DNA of 64,000 nt from a virus: IMG/VR virus record IMGVR_UViG_2867359821_000001, positions 5,093-69,092 of that record. One strand, written 5' to 3'. Both the position numbers and the translations under genes were made by a program. Below, piece by piece: positions 1-8,320 of the stretch. The notes beneath the pieces are model-generated. The model saw nothing but the letters and a program-made list of their open reading frames with translations, was not told the origin of the DNA and searched no databases. Position 1 is the stretch's first letter. Each line of letters begins with the position of its first letter.

Positions 1-1558
1 CCCGCAGCGAGGCGTACATGGCGGCGTCCGCCCGGTCTGGGGAGCCGCCCATCATGGTCTTCATTTTGTCCTTGGGGTCGATCTTGATCGCCCCGCTCAC
101 CAGCTTGTAGGTGATGAGCATCAGTTCGTCCCGGAGGAGGTTGTCCGCAGAATCGATGTCGAGGAGGCCGTCGCGCATGAGGTCGGCGAAGTGGTCGTGG
201 ATCTCGTCGCGCCAGATGCGCCAGCGAGAGATGTCACTCGAGGATCTGGAGCCGATGACGCGGATGACTTCGTACTTCCGATCGGCGAACTCCGGAGACC
301 GCATGAGGTCAGTGGCTACGCCGGAGCCGACGGCGTTGCCGTCGATGCGGACTTCGGTGGCGCCGAGGTGCTTGGCGATCGCGTGGATCCGCCGCGCGTT
401 CGTCAGCGTGTCCTCCTTCGACCAGACGCCGGTGGTCTCACGGGTCTCGGCGCCATCCTGGTACAGGATCGTGTCGGCGAAGAGGCGGAGGTGGCCGCCG
501 CGGTTGACGTAGACGACGGACTCGTCATCACCGGTGGTCGCGATGTCGCAGCCGAGGATAACTGGCGTCTCGGGCTCGTACTCGATCTCCGTCTCGCGGG
601 CCTTCGTGATGTGGTCCTCGGCGAAGAACGTGTTGTCGGCGTCGCCGGGGAACTCGCCCATCACCTTGGCGAGGAAGCGGCCGTTGGGTGTGCCACCCTC
701 GCGCCGCATGTACTGGTCGTCGTCCGGGTGCTCCTCGTCAGGGATCAGGTCGCCGCCGACCTTCCACGCCCGCTCCTTGTGCGCGATCCAGAGCTTGCTC
801 GTGAGGCCGGAGAGCATTCCCGCTTGCTTCGCTGGGTCGTCGGGGTAGACGATCTCCCCGGTCATCGTCGGCAGCTCGTAGGCGGTGATCGTGTGCAGGT
901 TCCAGTCGGCGCCGGCGTCGGTGTTGAAGAGGTTGTAGAACGGGGTCGCGCGGTGGTCGGGGTTCCCGATACCAAGGATTCGAGAGTCGAGTCCTGTCAT
1001 CACGGCCTCGGCCGCGGTGAACAGATCCTCCGGGAGGCCGCCCATCTCATCGAGCCCGACCAGCGTGCGGTACTTTCGCGTTCCCTGGAACGCGGAGACG
1101 ATGTCGGTGTCGGCGGGGCGCTTGCCGATCGCGATCGCCTCCTTACCTGAACCGTCAGGCTTCTGGTAGTTCCATTCGAGTTGTTCGCTGATCCAGCCGA
1201 TCGGGCGCTGCCCACCGCTCTCTTTCGCCTGGGTTGCCATGTAGCCGTAGGCGTCTTTCAGGTACTTGAAGATGACGGACTTGATCTGGTCGCGGCCGTT
1301 CGCTGAGAACAGCGCGAGGGACTCCTCGGGCGGGAAGGCAGTGACCCACCAAACGCCGAGGTCCGAGACGGCGAAAGACTTCCCGCAACCGTTGGCGCTC
1401 TTGATCGCGTTGCGGATCTTGCCGTTGGTCGGCGTCGCACACTCGACCATGATCCCGGCCATCTTCTCGTAATAGCGGCGTCCGAGAACGTCGGACGCCC
1501 ATGCGAGATAGTCGTGCTGGTAGATGCGCTTCTTCGACTTCTGGACGAGTTCCTCCAT
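1..1558 (-). CDS. terL: terminase large subunit (3' end runs off left edge)
   Basis: Manual minus-strand translation from ATG at 1556-1558: MEELVQKSKKRIYQHDYLAW...VECATPTNGKIRNAIKSANGCGKS (Walker A)...SPDRADAAMYA (nuclease C-term). Absent from ORF track because no stop in window. Plus ORFs 111..512, 191..1150, 534..848 are antisense shadows. Confidence 0.85.
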   Translation of the reverse strand, partial: MEELVQKSKKRIYQHDYLAWASDVLGRRYYEKMAGIMVECATPTNGKIRNAIKSANGCGKSFAVSDLGVWWVTAFPPEESLALFSANGRDQIKSVIFKYLKDAYGYMATQAKESGGQRPIGWISEQLEWNYQKPDGSGKEAIAIGKRPADTDIVSAFQGTRKYRTLVGLDEMGGLPEDLFTAAEAVMTGLDSRILGIGNPDHRATPFYNLFNTDAGADWNLHTITAYELPTMTGEIVYPDDPAKQAGMLSGLTSKLWIAHKERAWKVGGDLIPDEEHPDDDQYMRREGGTPNGRFLAKVMGEFPGDADNTFFAEDHITKARETEIEYEPETPVILGCDIATTGDDESVVYVNRGGHLRLFADTILYQDGAETRETTGVWSKEDTLTNARRIHAIAKHLGATEVRIDGNAVGSGVATDLMRSPEFADRKYEVIRVIGSRSSSDISRWRIWRDEIHDHFADLMRDGLLDIDSADNLLRDELMLITYKLVSGAIKIDPKDKMKTMMGGSPDRADAAMYASLR

Positions 1559-1593
1559 CGCCAGGTCAAAGGAACGCGCGCTGATCGCAGAGG

Positions 1594-2247
1594 TCACGAT
1601 GCGTTCTCCAGATAGGTGATCGCTGCGCGCAGAGTGTCGATGTCGTCCCCGAAGGCGCCGAGGCCCATGTTGCACGAGGTGCAGAGCACGCCTCGAACGC
1701 ACTGTCCGCAGGCTGGTGAGACAGGGCAGCAGGCGTGGTCGTGGTCGATGGCGAAGTCCAAGCCTCCCGGCTCGTCACTCCCGCAGATGTCGCAGGTTAC
1801 ATCCGCCAGCAGCTCGACCAGGCGCTCATCGGAGATCCCGTACCGCATGGCGCGGCGGTGATGCTTAGCGCAGACGGTGCGGCCCCGTGCGCCGCGCTGA
1901 CAGCGCGGCATTGCGCACGGGACGGTCACCTCGATTGCTTGCGGTGAGAGACCCCGCTTGGTCTGGTAGTAGTGCGTCGCGCAGAGGTCTGTGCTGTAGT
2001 GCGCACGGTCACAGCCCTCGAACGAGCAAGTTGCGCCAGACGGGCGCCGCGCGCGAATGTCACGGGTCTCGCCGTACAGCCGGAGATGTCGCAGGTGGGA
2101 GTGGCAAAAGCCGCTCCCCTTGCAGAAGCGCCCGCACGAGACGTGTGAGCAGACCGCGTCAGCGATGACCTGGCTCAATCCTCCACCGCTTTCTGTTCGA
2201 TCACGGTCTGCGCGTGCCGCATCGCCTCGATGACGAGCTGGTCCCAC
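1594..2247 (-). CDS. Endonuclease VII / HNH-family nuclease with N-terminal Cys/His repeats
   Basis: C-terminal AIDHDHACCP...CGQCVRGVLCTSCNMGLG matches Endonuclease_7 DHDH...C..C..N motif. N-terminal repeats CSFEGCDRAHYSTDLCATHYYQ / CAMPRCQRGARGRTVCAKHHRR. Lies between terS and terL. Start uncertain (ATG 2247 overlaps terS by 72 nt; alternative TTG at 2178). Confidence 0.7.
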   Translation of the reverse strand: MGPARHRGDAARADRDRTESGGGLSQVIADAVCSHVSCGRFCKGSGFCHSHLRHLRLYGETRDIRARRPSGATCSFEGCDRAHYSTDLCATHYYQTKRGLSPQAIEVTVPCAMPRCQRGARGRTVCAKHHRRAMRYGISDERLVELLADVTCDICGSDEPGGLDFAIDHDHACCPVSPACGQCVRGVLCTSCNMGLGAFGDDIDTLRAAITYLENAS

Positions 2248-2672
2248 AGGTCTGGGTCGACTTCCGAGCGCAGCGCGCCCTTCATGTAGGAGAGGCTTTG
2301 GTCGACGACCTGCCCGAGGACGCGCGCGACGTTCAAGTCGTACGTCTCGAGGTCAATCTTCGTGGCCTCGCGGCGCTTGTCGAGGCGAGCGCCGATCTCC
2401 TTGAGGAAGCGCAGCTGCACGAGTGCGTTGTCCAGGTCGAGGTACTTCTCTTCGAGTTGGGCGAGGATGTTGCGCAGCCGGTAGAGGACCAGCTCGTCCT
2501 GTTCGGCAGCATCAACCCACCGCTTCGAGGTGAGAAGCACCGTCTTCTGGGCTGCGACTCGTTCGGGAGTGATGACGCCGCCGAGCCGGCGGGAGATCTC
2601 CTCGGCGGATTCGGAATCGCAGTACCGGAGGATCGTCTGGTCGATCTTGCTCAGCACGACATCAGTGGACAT
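2175..2672 (-). CDS. putative terminase small subunit
   Basis: 165 aa, position immediately upstream of HNH-terL, N-terminal HTH-like SAEEISRRLGGVITPERVAAQ. No diagnostic motif. Confidence 0.5.
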   Translation of the reverse strand: MSTDVVLSKIDQTILRYCDSESAEEISRRLGGVITPERVAAQKTVLLTSKRWVDAAEQDELVLYRLRNILAQLEEKYLDLDNALVQLRFLKEIGARLDKRREATKIDLETYDLNVARVLGQVVDQSLSYMKGALRSEVDPDLWDQLVIEAMRHAQTVIEQKAVED

Positions 2673-2673
2673 C

Positions 2674-2698
2674 CCCCAAGTCTAGGGCGAATTACGTG
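2674..2698 (-). promoter_or_regulatory. partial copy of the recurrent promoter-like motif (AATTCGCCCTAGACTTG) directly upstream of terS ATG
   Basis: Minus orientation cacgtAATTCGCCCTAGACTTGggggATG resembles consensus ...AAATTCGAGCCTAGCCTTGA. TAGACT hexamer 6 nt before the start codon. Confidence 0.35.
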
Positions 2699-2762
2699 CG
2701 TAAAGCGTGAACATCGTGTTATGCTCTACTCGTGTGATGGTGTGTCCCCGCCGGTGAACTGA

Positions 2763-2814
2763 AGGCCCCACCCCCATGATGCCGGATTGTTAACCCGGCG
2801 GAGGGGTGGGGCCT
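2763..2814. terminator. 12-bp perfect stem-loop (AGGCCCCACCCC / GGGGTGGGGCCT), putative intrinsic or bidirectional terminator
   Basis: Inverted repeat seen directly in sequence, about 28-nt loop. T-rich run (TTCTGTTTGTCTC) follows on plus strand. Sits between DGQHR gene stop and terS start. Confidence 0.5.
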
Positions 2815-2829
2815 TCTGTTTGTCTCGGA

Positions 2830-4263
2830 CTATTTCGTCTTGCCAGCCTTCGGCATTGAGGCCTCGAACTCGGCGTTCGCCGCCAGCAGTTGCTCCAACG
2901 CAGGATCGGCGAGGAGATCCGCATCGAGCGACTCTTGCTCGGCGGTCGGCGGCGCGGGGGGCGCATCCTTCGGTTCGGCCCACAGCCACGGTGCGCCCTT
3001 CTTGCCAAGGATCGCGGCGTCGACCAGCGTCTTGACGATCCCGCGGATGTCCTGGCCGCGCCCGTTCGGCGAGAAGGCGTTCACGCTGAATGCCTCGTTG
3101 GGCATGTTGTTGATCCAGATGGAGTTGAGGTGCGCGCCACCCAAGAGGTGAGGCTCGATCACCTTGAAGAAGTCCTTCACCTGCTCGCGGGTCCACTGGT
3201 GCTTCTCGCTCATCAGGTCGTGGTAGACGCCGGCGAGAACGCGCAGCATGGCGGGGGAGCCCAGGAGAGTGGTCGACCGCAGTGTCTCGACCGAGACTTG
3301 GCCGATCTTCATCGCCTCAAGCTGCGGGAACGTCTCGGACACGAGGTCGAGGAACGAGCGCGCATCCTCGGCGACCTTCTGATCACCGAGGATTCGCTCC
3401 TGCACCTTGCCGATTCGGCCTTCAAGCCCCACCTGCACGGCGCGGATGATGTCGGCGACGTGGCGTGCGGTGGCGTAGTCACTGCTGTTGCGCTTCAGGC
3501 GATCGTTTTCGAGGTCAACGCGCTTGTCGAGAAGGGGGTGCTCGAGCACGGTGGGCAGCGCACGGTTGACGACCTTGAAGCTGTCGAAGCGTGAGCGCAC
3601 GGAGGCGGTGATGCCGAGCGCATTGTCTGCGATGTCGAAGAACATCTGACGGTACTCACGGGTGTCGTCGGTCACCTGTAGTTCGACGGAGACGCGCTCT
3701 GAGCTGAAGCGATCCTCGAGTGATCGGGCGGCGCGCAGGGCGGCCTCGGCTTCGCGGACGGCCGACGAGGTCTTGTCTCCGTGCTCGGCGCGCATGGCCC
3801 GTGCTCGGAAGTCCTGCGCCTTCTCGATTTGCTGGGCGATCAGCTGTAGTGCGATATGGAAGCCGAGGATACGGTGTTGGCCGTCAAGGATCTGAATCTT
3901 TGAGGCGGAGCGCTTCGGGTAGGACATGACGCCCCACTGCGCGAAGCCGTCCGAGGGCTCCATCTCGGAATCGAACTTGAAGATGGAGGGTGCCCGCAGG
4001 ATGATGCCGGGAATGACCCAGCTCTCGCGCGAGAGGTAGTAGTCGGCGAAGGCCTTCGCGTGGTTCTCCCGGATGGCGCGGTTGCCAGGGTTCGGGACGC
4101 TCGGATCCGGGCGCGGAACCATGTTGACGATCTGTGCGGGGGACAGCGAAAGCCCGAAGACCGTGCGCCCACCCTGCTTATAGCGGGTCGCGTACGTCTG
4201 CTCTTCGGTCGCGATCCCAGCGACAACGCGGTCGCGTGTCGGTTCAGTAACGGTTTTGGCCAC
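2830..4263 (-). CDS. DGQHR-domain protein (DndB/DpdB-like, ParB/Srx superfamily)
   Basis: 477 aa. KIQILDGQHRILGF (DGQHR motif) and QMFFDIADNALG (F-x-D-x-N motif typical of DndB). Own upstream motif copy and downstream hairpin. Confidence 0.7.
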   Translation of the reverse strand: MAKTVTEPTRDRVVAGIATEEQTYATRYKQGGRTVFGLSLSPAQIVNMVPRPDPSVPNPGNRAIRENHAKAFADYYLSRESWVIPGIILRAPSIFKFDSEMEPSDGFAQWGVMSYPKRSASKIQILDGQHRILGFHIALQLIAQQIEKAQDFRARAMRAEHGDKTSSAVREAEAALRAARSLEDRFSSERVSVELQVTDDTREYRQMFFDIADNALGITASVRSRFDSFKVVNRALPTVLEHPLLDKRVDLENDRLKRNSSDYATARHVADIIRAVQVGLEGRIGKVQERILGDQKVAEDARSFLDLVSETFPQLEAMKIGQVSVETLRSTTLLGSPAMLRVLAGVYHDLMSEKHQWTREQVKDFFKVIEPHLLGGAHLNSIWINNMPNEAFSVNAFSPNGRGQDIRGIVKTLVDAAILGKKGAPWLWAEPKDAPPAPPTAEQESLDADLLADPALEQLLAANAEFEASMPKAGKTK

Positions 4264-4295
4264 GAGAGGTCCCCTTCAATAGTGACGTGAATATG

Positions 4296-4318
4296 TACTT
4301 TACGCTCTAATTTGGGGG
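4296..4318 (-). promoter_or_regulatory. weak copy of recurrent promoter-like motif upstream of DGQHR gene
   Basis: TACTTTACGCTCTAATTTGGGGG on plus strand. Shares CTCTAATTTGG / TTAATTTGG core with other copies. About 30 bp upstream of 4263 start. Confidence 0.35.
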
Positions 4319-4352
4319 CGGCGCAACAACGCGCGGGGGAGAGCTGACTTCA

Positions 4353-4631
4353 ATGTCGGAGGGCTCCGCCTATGCTTCTGAGCATTCGAAGAAATGTTCT
4401 AATGAGGACCGACGGAGGGGTTGGCCAGTGAAGACCGAGACAGTCAAATTCAAAGAGTTCGATGGAGGAAGGTCCGTGGAGATGCAGAGCGCCCCCGACT
4501 TCGTGTTCGTCGAAGCCGGGGGCCACTGCTACGCGTTCGATCGCGCACTGTTCCTACATGGAGTGTCGAAGCTCCTCGGGATCTCCGTCATCCTCGAACG
4601 CGACGTCGAAGGGGACTTTGCGCTCCCCTGA
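4353..4631 (+). CDS. hypothetical protein (doubtful)
   Basis: 92-aa ORF with GGGGAGAG RBS-like sequence 10 nt upstream and protein-like composition (K/F/E). But GC3 is atypically low and the 3' end overlaps dNMP kinase gene by 78 nt. Confidence 0.25.
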   Translation: MSEGSAYASEHSKKCSNEDRRRGWPVKTETVKFKEFDGGRSVEMQSAPDFVFVEAGGHCYAFDRALFLHGVSKLLGISVILERDVEGDFALP

Positions 4632-5225
4632 CCGGTGACCGGCGATGACGTCCGCCTTCGCCTCCAGCTCGGCCAGCGTGCCGTCATTCAGGAGGGTCGA
4701 GTGGAAGTCGTCCGCCGACACTGAGTTCTCGCTGGCGTGCGCCGCGGTTCCAGCTGTGGGGGCATGGACACCTGGACGCTCGATCCAGAGGGCCTGACCA
4801 CCGAGCTGCGCGATCATCCTGACTTCGTTGGGGAAGCGGATGCCGGTCACCACGACAGGGTGGCCGGCGGCGCGGTGATCGTCGATCTTCCGGGCCATGA
4901 TCTGCACCCAGACGTTCTCGCCGATCATGTTGCGGCCGACCTCCGTCCCGAGCTGCTGCAGCAAGCGCCGCACCTCGGGAATCTTCTTCGCCTCTACGTA
5001 CCCGACCTCCGCGATCAGCTCGGAGTATCTAGCGAATTCCACCTCGGTGTCGTAAACGTTCCCGTAAGCCTCGACGATCGGGTCGATCGCGAGCATGGCC
5101 TCGTGGAGTGCGTCCGACATCCCGAGCTTGACGTATCCGTGCTTGTCGACCAGGCGATCGGCGAATGCGTCCTTGCCGGAGCGGAGGCGACCGCCGAGAC
5201 CAATGAGGGGTTGCGAGAGGTTCAT
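4554..5225 (-). CDS. deoxynucleoside monophosphate (dNMP) kinase
   Basis: Start trimmed to MNLSQPLIGLGGRLRSGKDAFADRL (P-loop GxxxxGKD typical of phage dNMP kinases). ATG at 5223-5225 overlaps upstream stop (ATGA). Confidence 0.65.
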   Translation of the reverse strand: MNLSQPLIGLGGRLRSGKDAFADRLVDKHGYVKLGMSDALHEAMLAIDPIVEAYGNVYDTEVEFARYSELIAEVGYVEAKKIPEVRRLLQQLGTEVGRNMIGENVWVQIMARKIDDHRAAGHPVVVTGIRFPNEVRMIAQLGGQALWIERPGVHAPTAGTAAHASENSVSADDFHSTLLNDGTLAELEAKADVIAGHRSGERKVPFDVAFEDDGDPEELRHSM

Positions 5226-5785
5226 GCGGGCACCCCCAGCCCGTCGATGAGGAGGGGCATCTCCGCCCAGTCGTGGAGCCGTGCGCGATCGGTGACGTGC
5301 CTGTTGTAGGCATAGTCGCCGAAGACGATGTGCTTCCAGGTCGGCTCCATCGAGCCACTGATCTTGGGCTTGTCGTCGATGAGGAAGTCGCCGTGCACGA
5401 TCGTCTTGTCGTTGGTCAGCACGAGGCGGGAGGCCCAGTGCGAGCCGTAGTGGCGCATGATCCACGCGAGCTTGTCGCTCGCGCACGTCGGGTTCGAGAT
5501 GTACGGGCTCGAGACGATCCGCACGTCGTGGCCGGCCTTGACGGCAGCCTTCAGCGCCTCTCGGGCGCCGGGGATCGGCTCCAGCCGGCTATAGAAGCCC
5601 GGCTTGGTCATGATCTGTTCGATGAGCACCTTCTCGGCATCAGTGCGGCCGAAAGTGAGATCCCACTGCGCCTGGAAGGCGGTTCGCGGGATGTTTGCTG
5701 CGGCGTCGCCGGCCAGATCGAGGCAGCGGTCGAACTCGTCACCCCAGTGGGCGATGACCGCGTCCATGTCGACGAGAATGCGCAT
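5222..5785 (-). CDS. 5'(3')-deoxyribonucleotidase, HAD superfamily
   Basis: MRILVDMDAVIAHWGDEF (DxD HAD motif I); start trimmed to ATG 5783-5785 (ATGA overlap). Confidence 0.65.
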   Translation of the reverse strand: MRILVDMDAVIAHWGDEFDRCLDLAGDAAANIPRTAFQAQWDLTFGRTDAEKVLIEQIMTKPGFYSRLEPIPGAREALKAAVKAGHDVRIVSSPYISNPTCASDKLAWIMRHYGSHWASRLVLTNDKTIVHGDFLIDDKPKISGSMEPTWKHIVFGDYAYNRHVTDRARLHDWAEMPLLIDGLGVPA

Positions 5786-6381
5786 CAGAACTCCCGTCCG
5801 TAGTCGATGCCAGTGACGCGGAGCTTCTTGCCCAACAGCCACGACCGGGCCTCGGGAATTCCCGCGTAGCTCGCGACCTCTGGGCGCAGGTAGGCGAGCG
5901 TCAGGTGCGGCTTGTACTCGGCGAACGAATCGACGTGCGGCAGGATGCTGAGCGCCGCGTTCATCTCTGCCAGCTCGTCACCGCCGAGGCGTGCCACGAG
6001 GCAGCCGTAGGGGAGGTCGGCGTAGGGGGACTCGAAAACCTCGATATCGACAACCTCGACCGACACCTCACGCGGCCATCCGATCAGCTCGTTGATGACG
6101 TCCTTGCGCTGATGCGATGGCGTAAGCAGTCCGTACTTTGCGGTGACGTGAGCGCTGGCCTCGGCCACGGGGCCCTGGACCCAGTGTCGCCAGTCGCCGT
6201 CCGGCGCGTAGACATAGTCGCTCTCAATGATCCGTACACCCCAGGACTGCCTATCGAGCTGCTCGCGAACGTCGAGCGGATCGAACGTCAGTCCAACGAA
6301 TCCGAGCCGCTTCATCTCGACGCCGGCGGCGTCGAGAATGTCATCGCGTCCGATGAACTGGTTCTTGTCTGCGGCAGCCAT
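5785..6381 (-). CDS. 2H phosphoesterase (LigT / 2'-5' RNA ligase-like cyclic phosphodiesterase)
   Basis: Two H-x-T-x motifs (SAHVTAKYG and KPHLTLAYL) about 80 aa apart, 198 aa. Confidence 0.6.
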   Translation of the reverse strand: MAAADKNQFIGRDDILDAAGVEMKRLGFVGLTFDPLDVREQLDRQSWGVRIIESDYVYAPDGDWRHWVQGPVAEASAHVTAKYGLLTPSHQRKDVINELIGWPREVSVEVVDIEVFESPYADLPYGCLVARLGGDELAEMNAALSILPHVDSFAEYKPHLTLAYLRPEVASYAGIPEARSWLLGKKLRVTGIDYGREF

Positions 6382-6545
6382 CAGCTCGCCTTCCTGAGCG
6401 CGACCGGATCCACGATGCGGGTGTCGAGCCCAACCTGGATGATGGCCTGGCTCGCGGCCAGGCCATTCGGGGCGCCGAGGTACTTCACGAAGGTGGCGCG
6501 AGTGGGGCCGGCGAAGACGGTGTCTCCGGGCTTGAAGTCGTTCAT
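6381..6545 (-). CDS. hypothetical protein (54 aa)
   Basis: MNDFKPGDTVFAGPTRATFVKYLG...; start ATG 6543-6545 overlaps upstream stop. Confidence 0.45.
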   Translation of the reverse strand: MNDFKPGDTVFAGPTRATFVKYLGAPNGLAASQAIIQVGLDTRIVDPVALRKAS

Positions 6546-6766
6546 GAGTTTCTCCTTATCGAAGTTGAGGTGCTGTCGTCGGGGGCGCCGGTGATGGTTG
6601 CGGCCTCGACGGCCTCGAGCACGATCGTCCGGCCGTCGTCGAGGCGGTACGCGCGCCATTCGACGTTCGGGTCGCGGTCGATGAGCTTCCCGAGTGGGAA
6701 CCGCCAGCGCTCGTCCGGCTTGACGAGACCGACGTGGCTGCCGGGGTTGAGGGCGACGGTGGTCAT
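6542..6766 (-). CDS. hypothetical protein (74 aa)
   Basis: MTTVALNPGSHVGLVKPDERWRF...; coupled ATGA overlaps at both ends. Confidence 0.45.
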   Translation of the reverse strand: MTTVALNPGSHVGLVKPDERWRFPLGKLIDRDPNVEWRAYRLDDGRTIVLEAVEAATITGAPDDSTSTSIRRNS

Positions 6767-6993
6767 GCCGGCTCCATCACTCGCTCGACGGGCATGAATG
6801 CCGTCAGCTTCTCGACAGGGAACGTGCGGATCATCCCGGTGAGCCCGGAGGTGACGGTGGCGTACGCGACGTCGTCCGCGGCCTGCTGGAAGCTCAGGAT
6901 CTTCCAGGTCGTCTTCTGCGTGAGATCCGCGGCCGGGCCGACGAACACGGTGTCGCCGACCCGGTGTCCATGCGAGATGGCGATCGCGCTCAT
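6763..6993 (-). CDS. hypothetical protein (76 aa)
   Basis: MSAIAISHGHRVGDTVFVGP...; start trimmed to ATG 6991-6993 overlapping upstream stop. Confidence 0.45.
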   Translation of the reverse strand: MSAIAISHGHRVGDTVFVGPAADLTQKTTWKILSFQQAADDVAYATVTSGLTGMIRTFPVEKLTAFMPVERVMEPA

Positions 6994-7307
6994 TCGGTGC
7001 GCTCCCAGATCTTCGGCCATTCGAAGCGGTGCGAGCGCAGGCCCCGGTCGGTGCCGAGGATGCGCGCGATGCCCGGCCGGCGGATCTCGACCGACGCGAC
7101 CTTGTCGATGTCATGGCCGAGCGCCTCGATTAGCGCCTTAATCCGCTCGCCGGGCGTGGCCTCCTCGATGATCGCATCGGCGATCTCGACCGCGCCGGGC
7201 TCGATCGAGACGGGGGGCGCAGCCTCGCCGACGGGCACCGCGGGCTCGGTAAGCACCGCGAGCAGCGCTTCGTCGGCTTGCGGCTTGGTGTTCTTGGCGG
7301 ATGCCAT
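6990..7307 (-). CDS. hypothetical protein (105 aa)
   Basis: MASAKNTKPQADEALLAVL...; start ATG 7305-7307 overlaps nrdH-like stop. Confidence 0.45.
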   Translation of the reverse strand: MASAKNTKPQADEALLAVLTEPAVPVGEAAPPVSIEPGAVEIADAIIEEATPGERIKALIEALGHDIDKVASVEIRRPGIARILGTDRGLRSHRFEWPKIWERTE

Positions 7308-7576
7308 CAGTTCTCCTCGTTGTTGAGCGCGGCCTGCTCGGCCGCGAGTTCGCGTTGGATGGTGGGGAATTCGGCGATCGTGCGGAGCTTGCCCTTCCAG
7401 CCGAAGACTGGCGCCCGCTCCATGCCGGCGTCCTTCAAGCGCTGCGCAGCCGCCTCGTCCTCCTCGACGTTCACCACGGTGTACGGAAGGGCGGCGGCGT
7501 CGAGGCGCTTCATCACCGTGTTGCAGGTGGCGCAGATCGTGGTCTTGTAGATCTTGAGCTTGTTCGCCACAGTCAC
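7307..7576 (-). CDS. nrdH: NrdH-like glutaredoxin
   Basis: KIYKTTICATCNTVMKRLDAAALPYTVVNV: CxxC redox motif in thioredoxin-fold context, 89 aa, GTG start. Confidence 0.55.
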   Translation of the reverse strand: MTVANKLKIYKTTICATCNTVMKRLDAAALPYTVVNVEEDEAAAQRLKDAGMERAPVFGWKGKLRTIAEFPTIQRELAAEQAALNNEEN

Positions 7577-7857
7577 AGCTCCAGGCCAGACGGTCGCGTG
7601 GGCAGCTCCAGGGTCTGCGCGGTAGAGCCGAAGCGTGCCTCAAGCTCCAGCACCTTCGCGCTCACTTCCCGCAGAACCTTCACGAGATCCGCGAGGCGGA
7701 ACATCCCGAGCACGCGCTCCTCGCCGTCCTCGGGGTCGATGTACTGCAGCTGCACCTCGACGATGTCCCTGTTGCCGGGGCGGGGCTCGGCAAAGAGCAC
7801 GCGCCTGTCCTCGGGGAGGAAATCGTCTTGGCCGGTGGCCTCGAGCTTGATGGTCAT
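7573..7857 (-). CDS. hypothetical protein (94 aa)
   Basis: ORF-track ORF, coupled to neighbours. Confidence 0.45.
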   Translation of the reverse strand: MTIKLEATGQDDFLPEDRRVLFAEPRPGNRDIVEVQLQYIDPEDGEERVLGMFRLADLVKVLREVSAKVLELEARFGSTAQTLELPTRPSGLEL

Positions 7858-8123
7858 TTGTGGTCTCGCTTTCTGCGCCAGAGGGGGCGCCGTGTGGCTT
7901 GGATCGCGGCGTGCTGCGCCGCAGGGAGTGGGGGAGTGAGCGCGGCGGCGATGTCTCGGCCGTCGAACTCGCCGAGCGTCACCCAGCGATCGTCCTCGCC
8001 GTCGAAGTCATCGGTGTAGGTGTGGCTGATGCGGACGGTGCTCGTGTGAGCGCTGAACGCGATGGCTAGGGAGTTGCGGCCATCGCGCGACTCGAGCGTC
8101 AGTGTCTGTTCGAGCGCGGTCAT
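7854..8123 (-). CDS. hypothetical protein (89 aa)
   Basis: ORF-track ORF, coupled to neighbours. Confidence 0.45.
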   Translation of the reverse strand: MTALEQTLTLESRDGRNSLAIAFSAHTSTVRISHTYTDDFDGEDDRWVTLGEFDGRDIAAALTPPLPAAQHAAIQATRRPLWRRKRDHK

Positions 8124-8320
8124 GCAAACGCTCCCGGCGTCGGGCCGTTGTGGTGGCTGATGAACGCCAGCACACCGAAGAGGACGAACAGGGCAACAAG
8201 CGTCCAGTAGGTCACCGCATGGATGCCGGAGAACGGCAGCCGCATGATCGCGCCGAGTGCAGCCTGCCCGAGCGCCATCAGGCCCACGGTGAAGCTGGCG
8301 AGGATCAGCACGCCGGTCAC
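8120..8320 (-). CDS. small membrane protein (2 TM)
   Basis: VTGVLILASFTVGLMALGQAALGAI...YWTLVALFVLFGVLAFI; start trimmed to GTG 8318-8320 (GTGA overlap with upstream stop). Confidence 0.4.
   Translation of the reverse strand: MTGVLILASFTVGLMALGQAALGAIMRLPFSGIHAVTYWTLVALFVLFGVLAFISHHNGPTPGAFA

Noticed and set aside
111-1150. Plus-strand ORFs 111..512, 191..1150, 534..848 over the first 1.5 kb
   Set aside because: Val/Asp/Gly/Arg-rich antisense shadows; minus-strand frame encodes a clear terminase large subunit
4554-4631. Treating plus ORF 4353..4631 as a confident gene
   Set aside because: Overlaps the 3' end of the dNMP kinase gene for 78 nt and has atypical GC3; kept only as low-confidence feature
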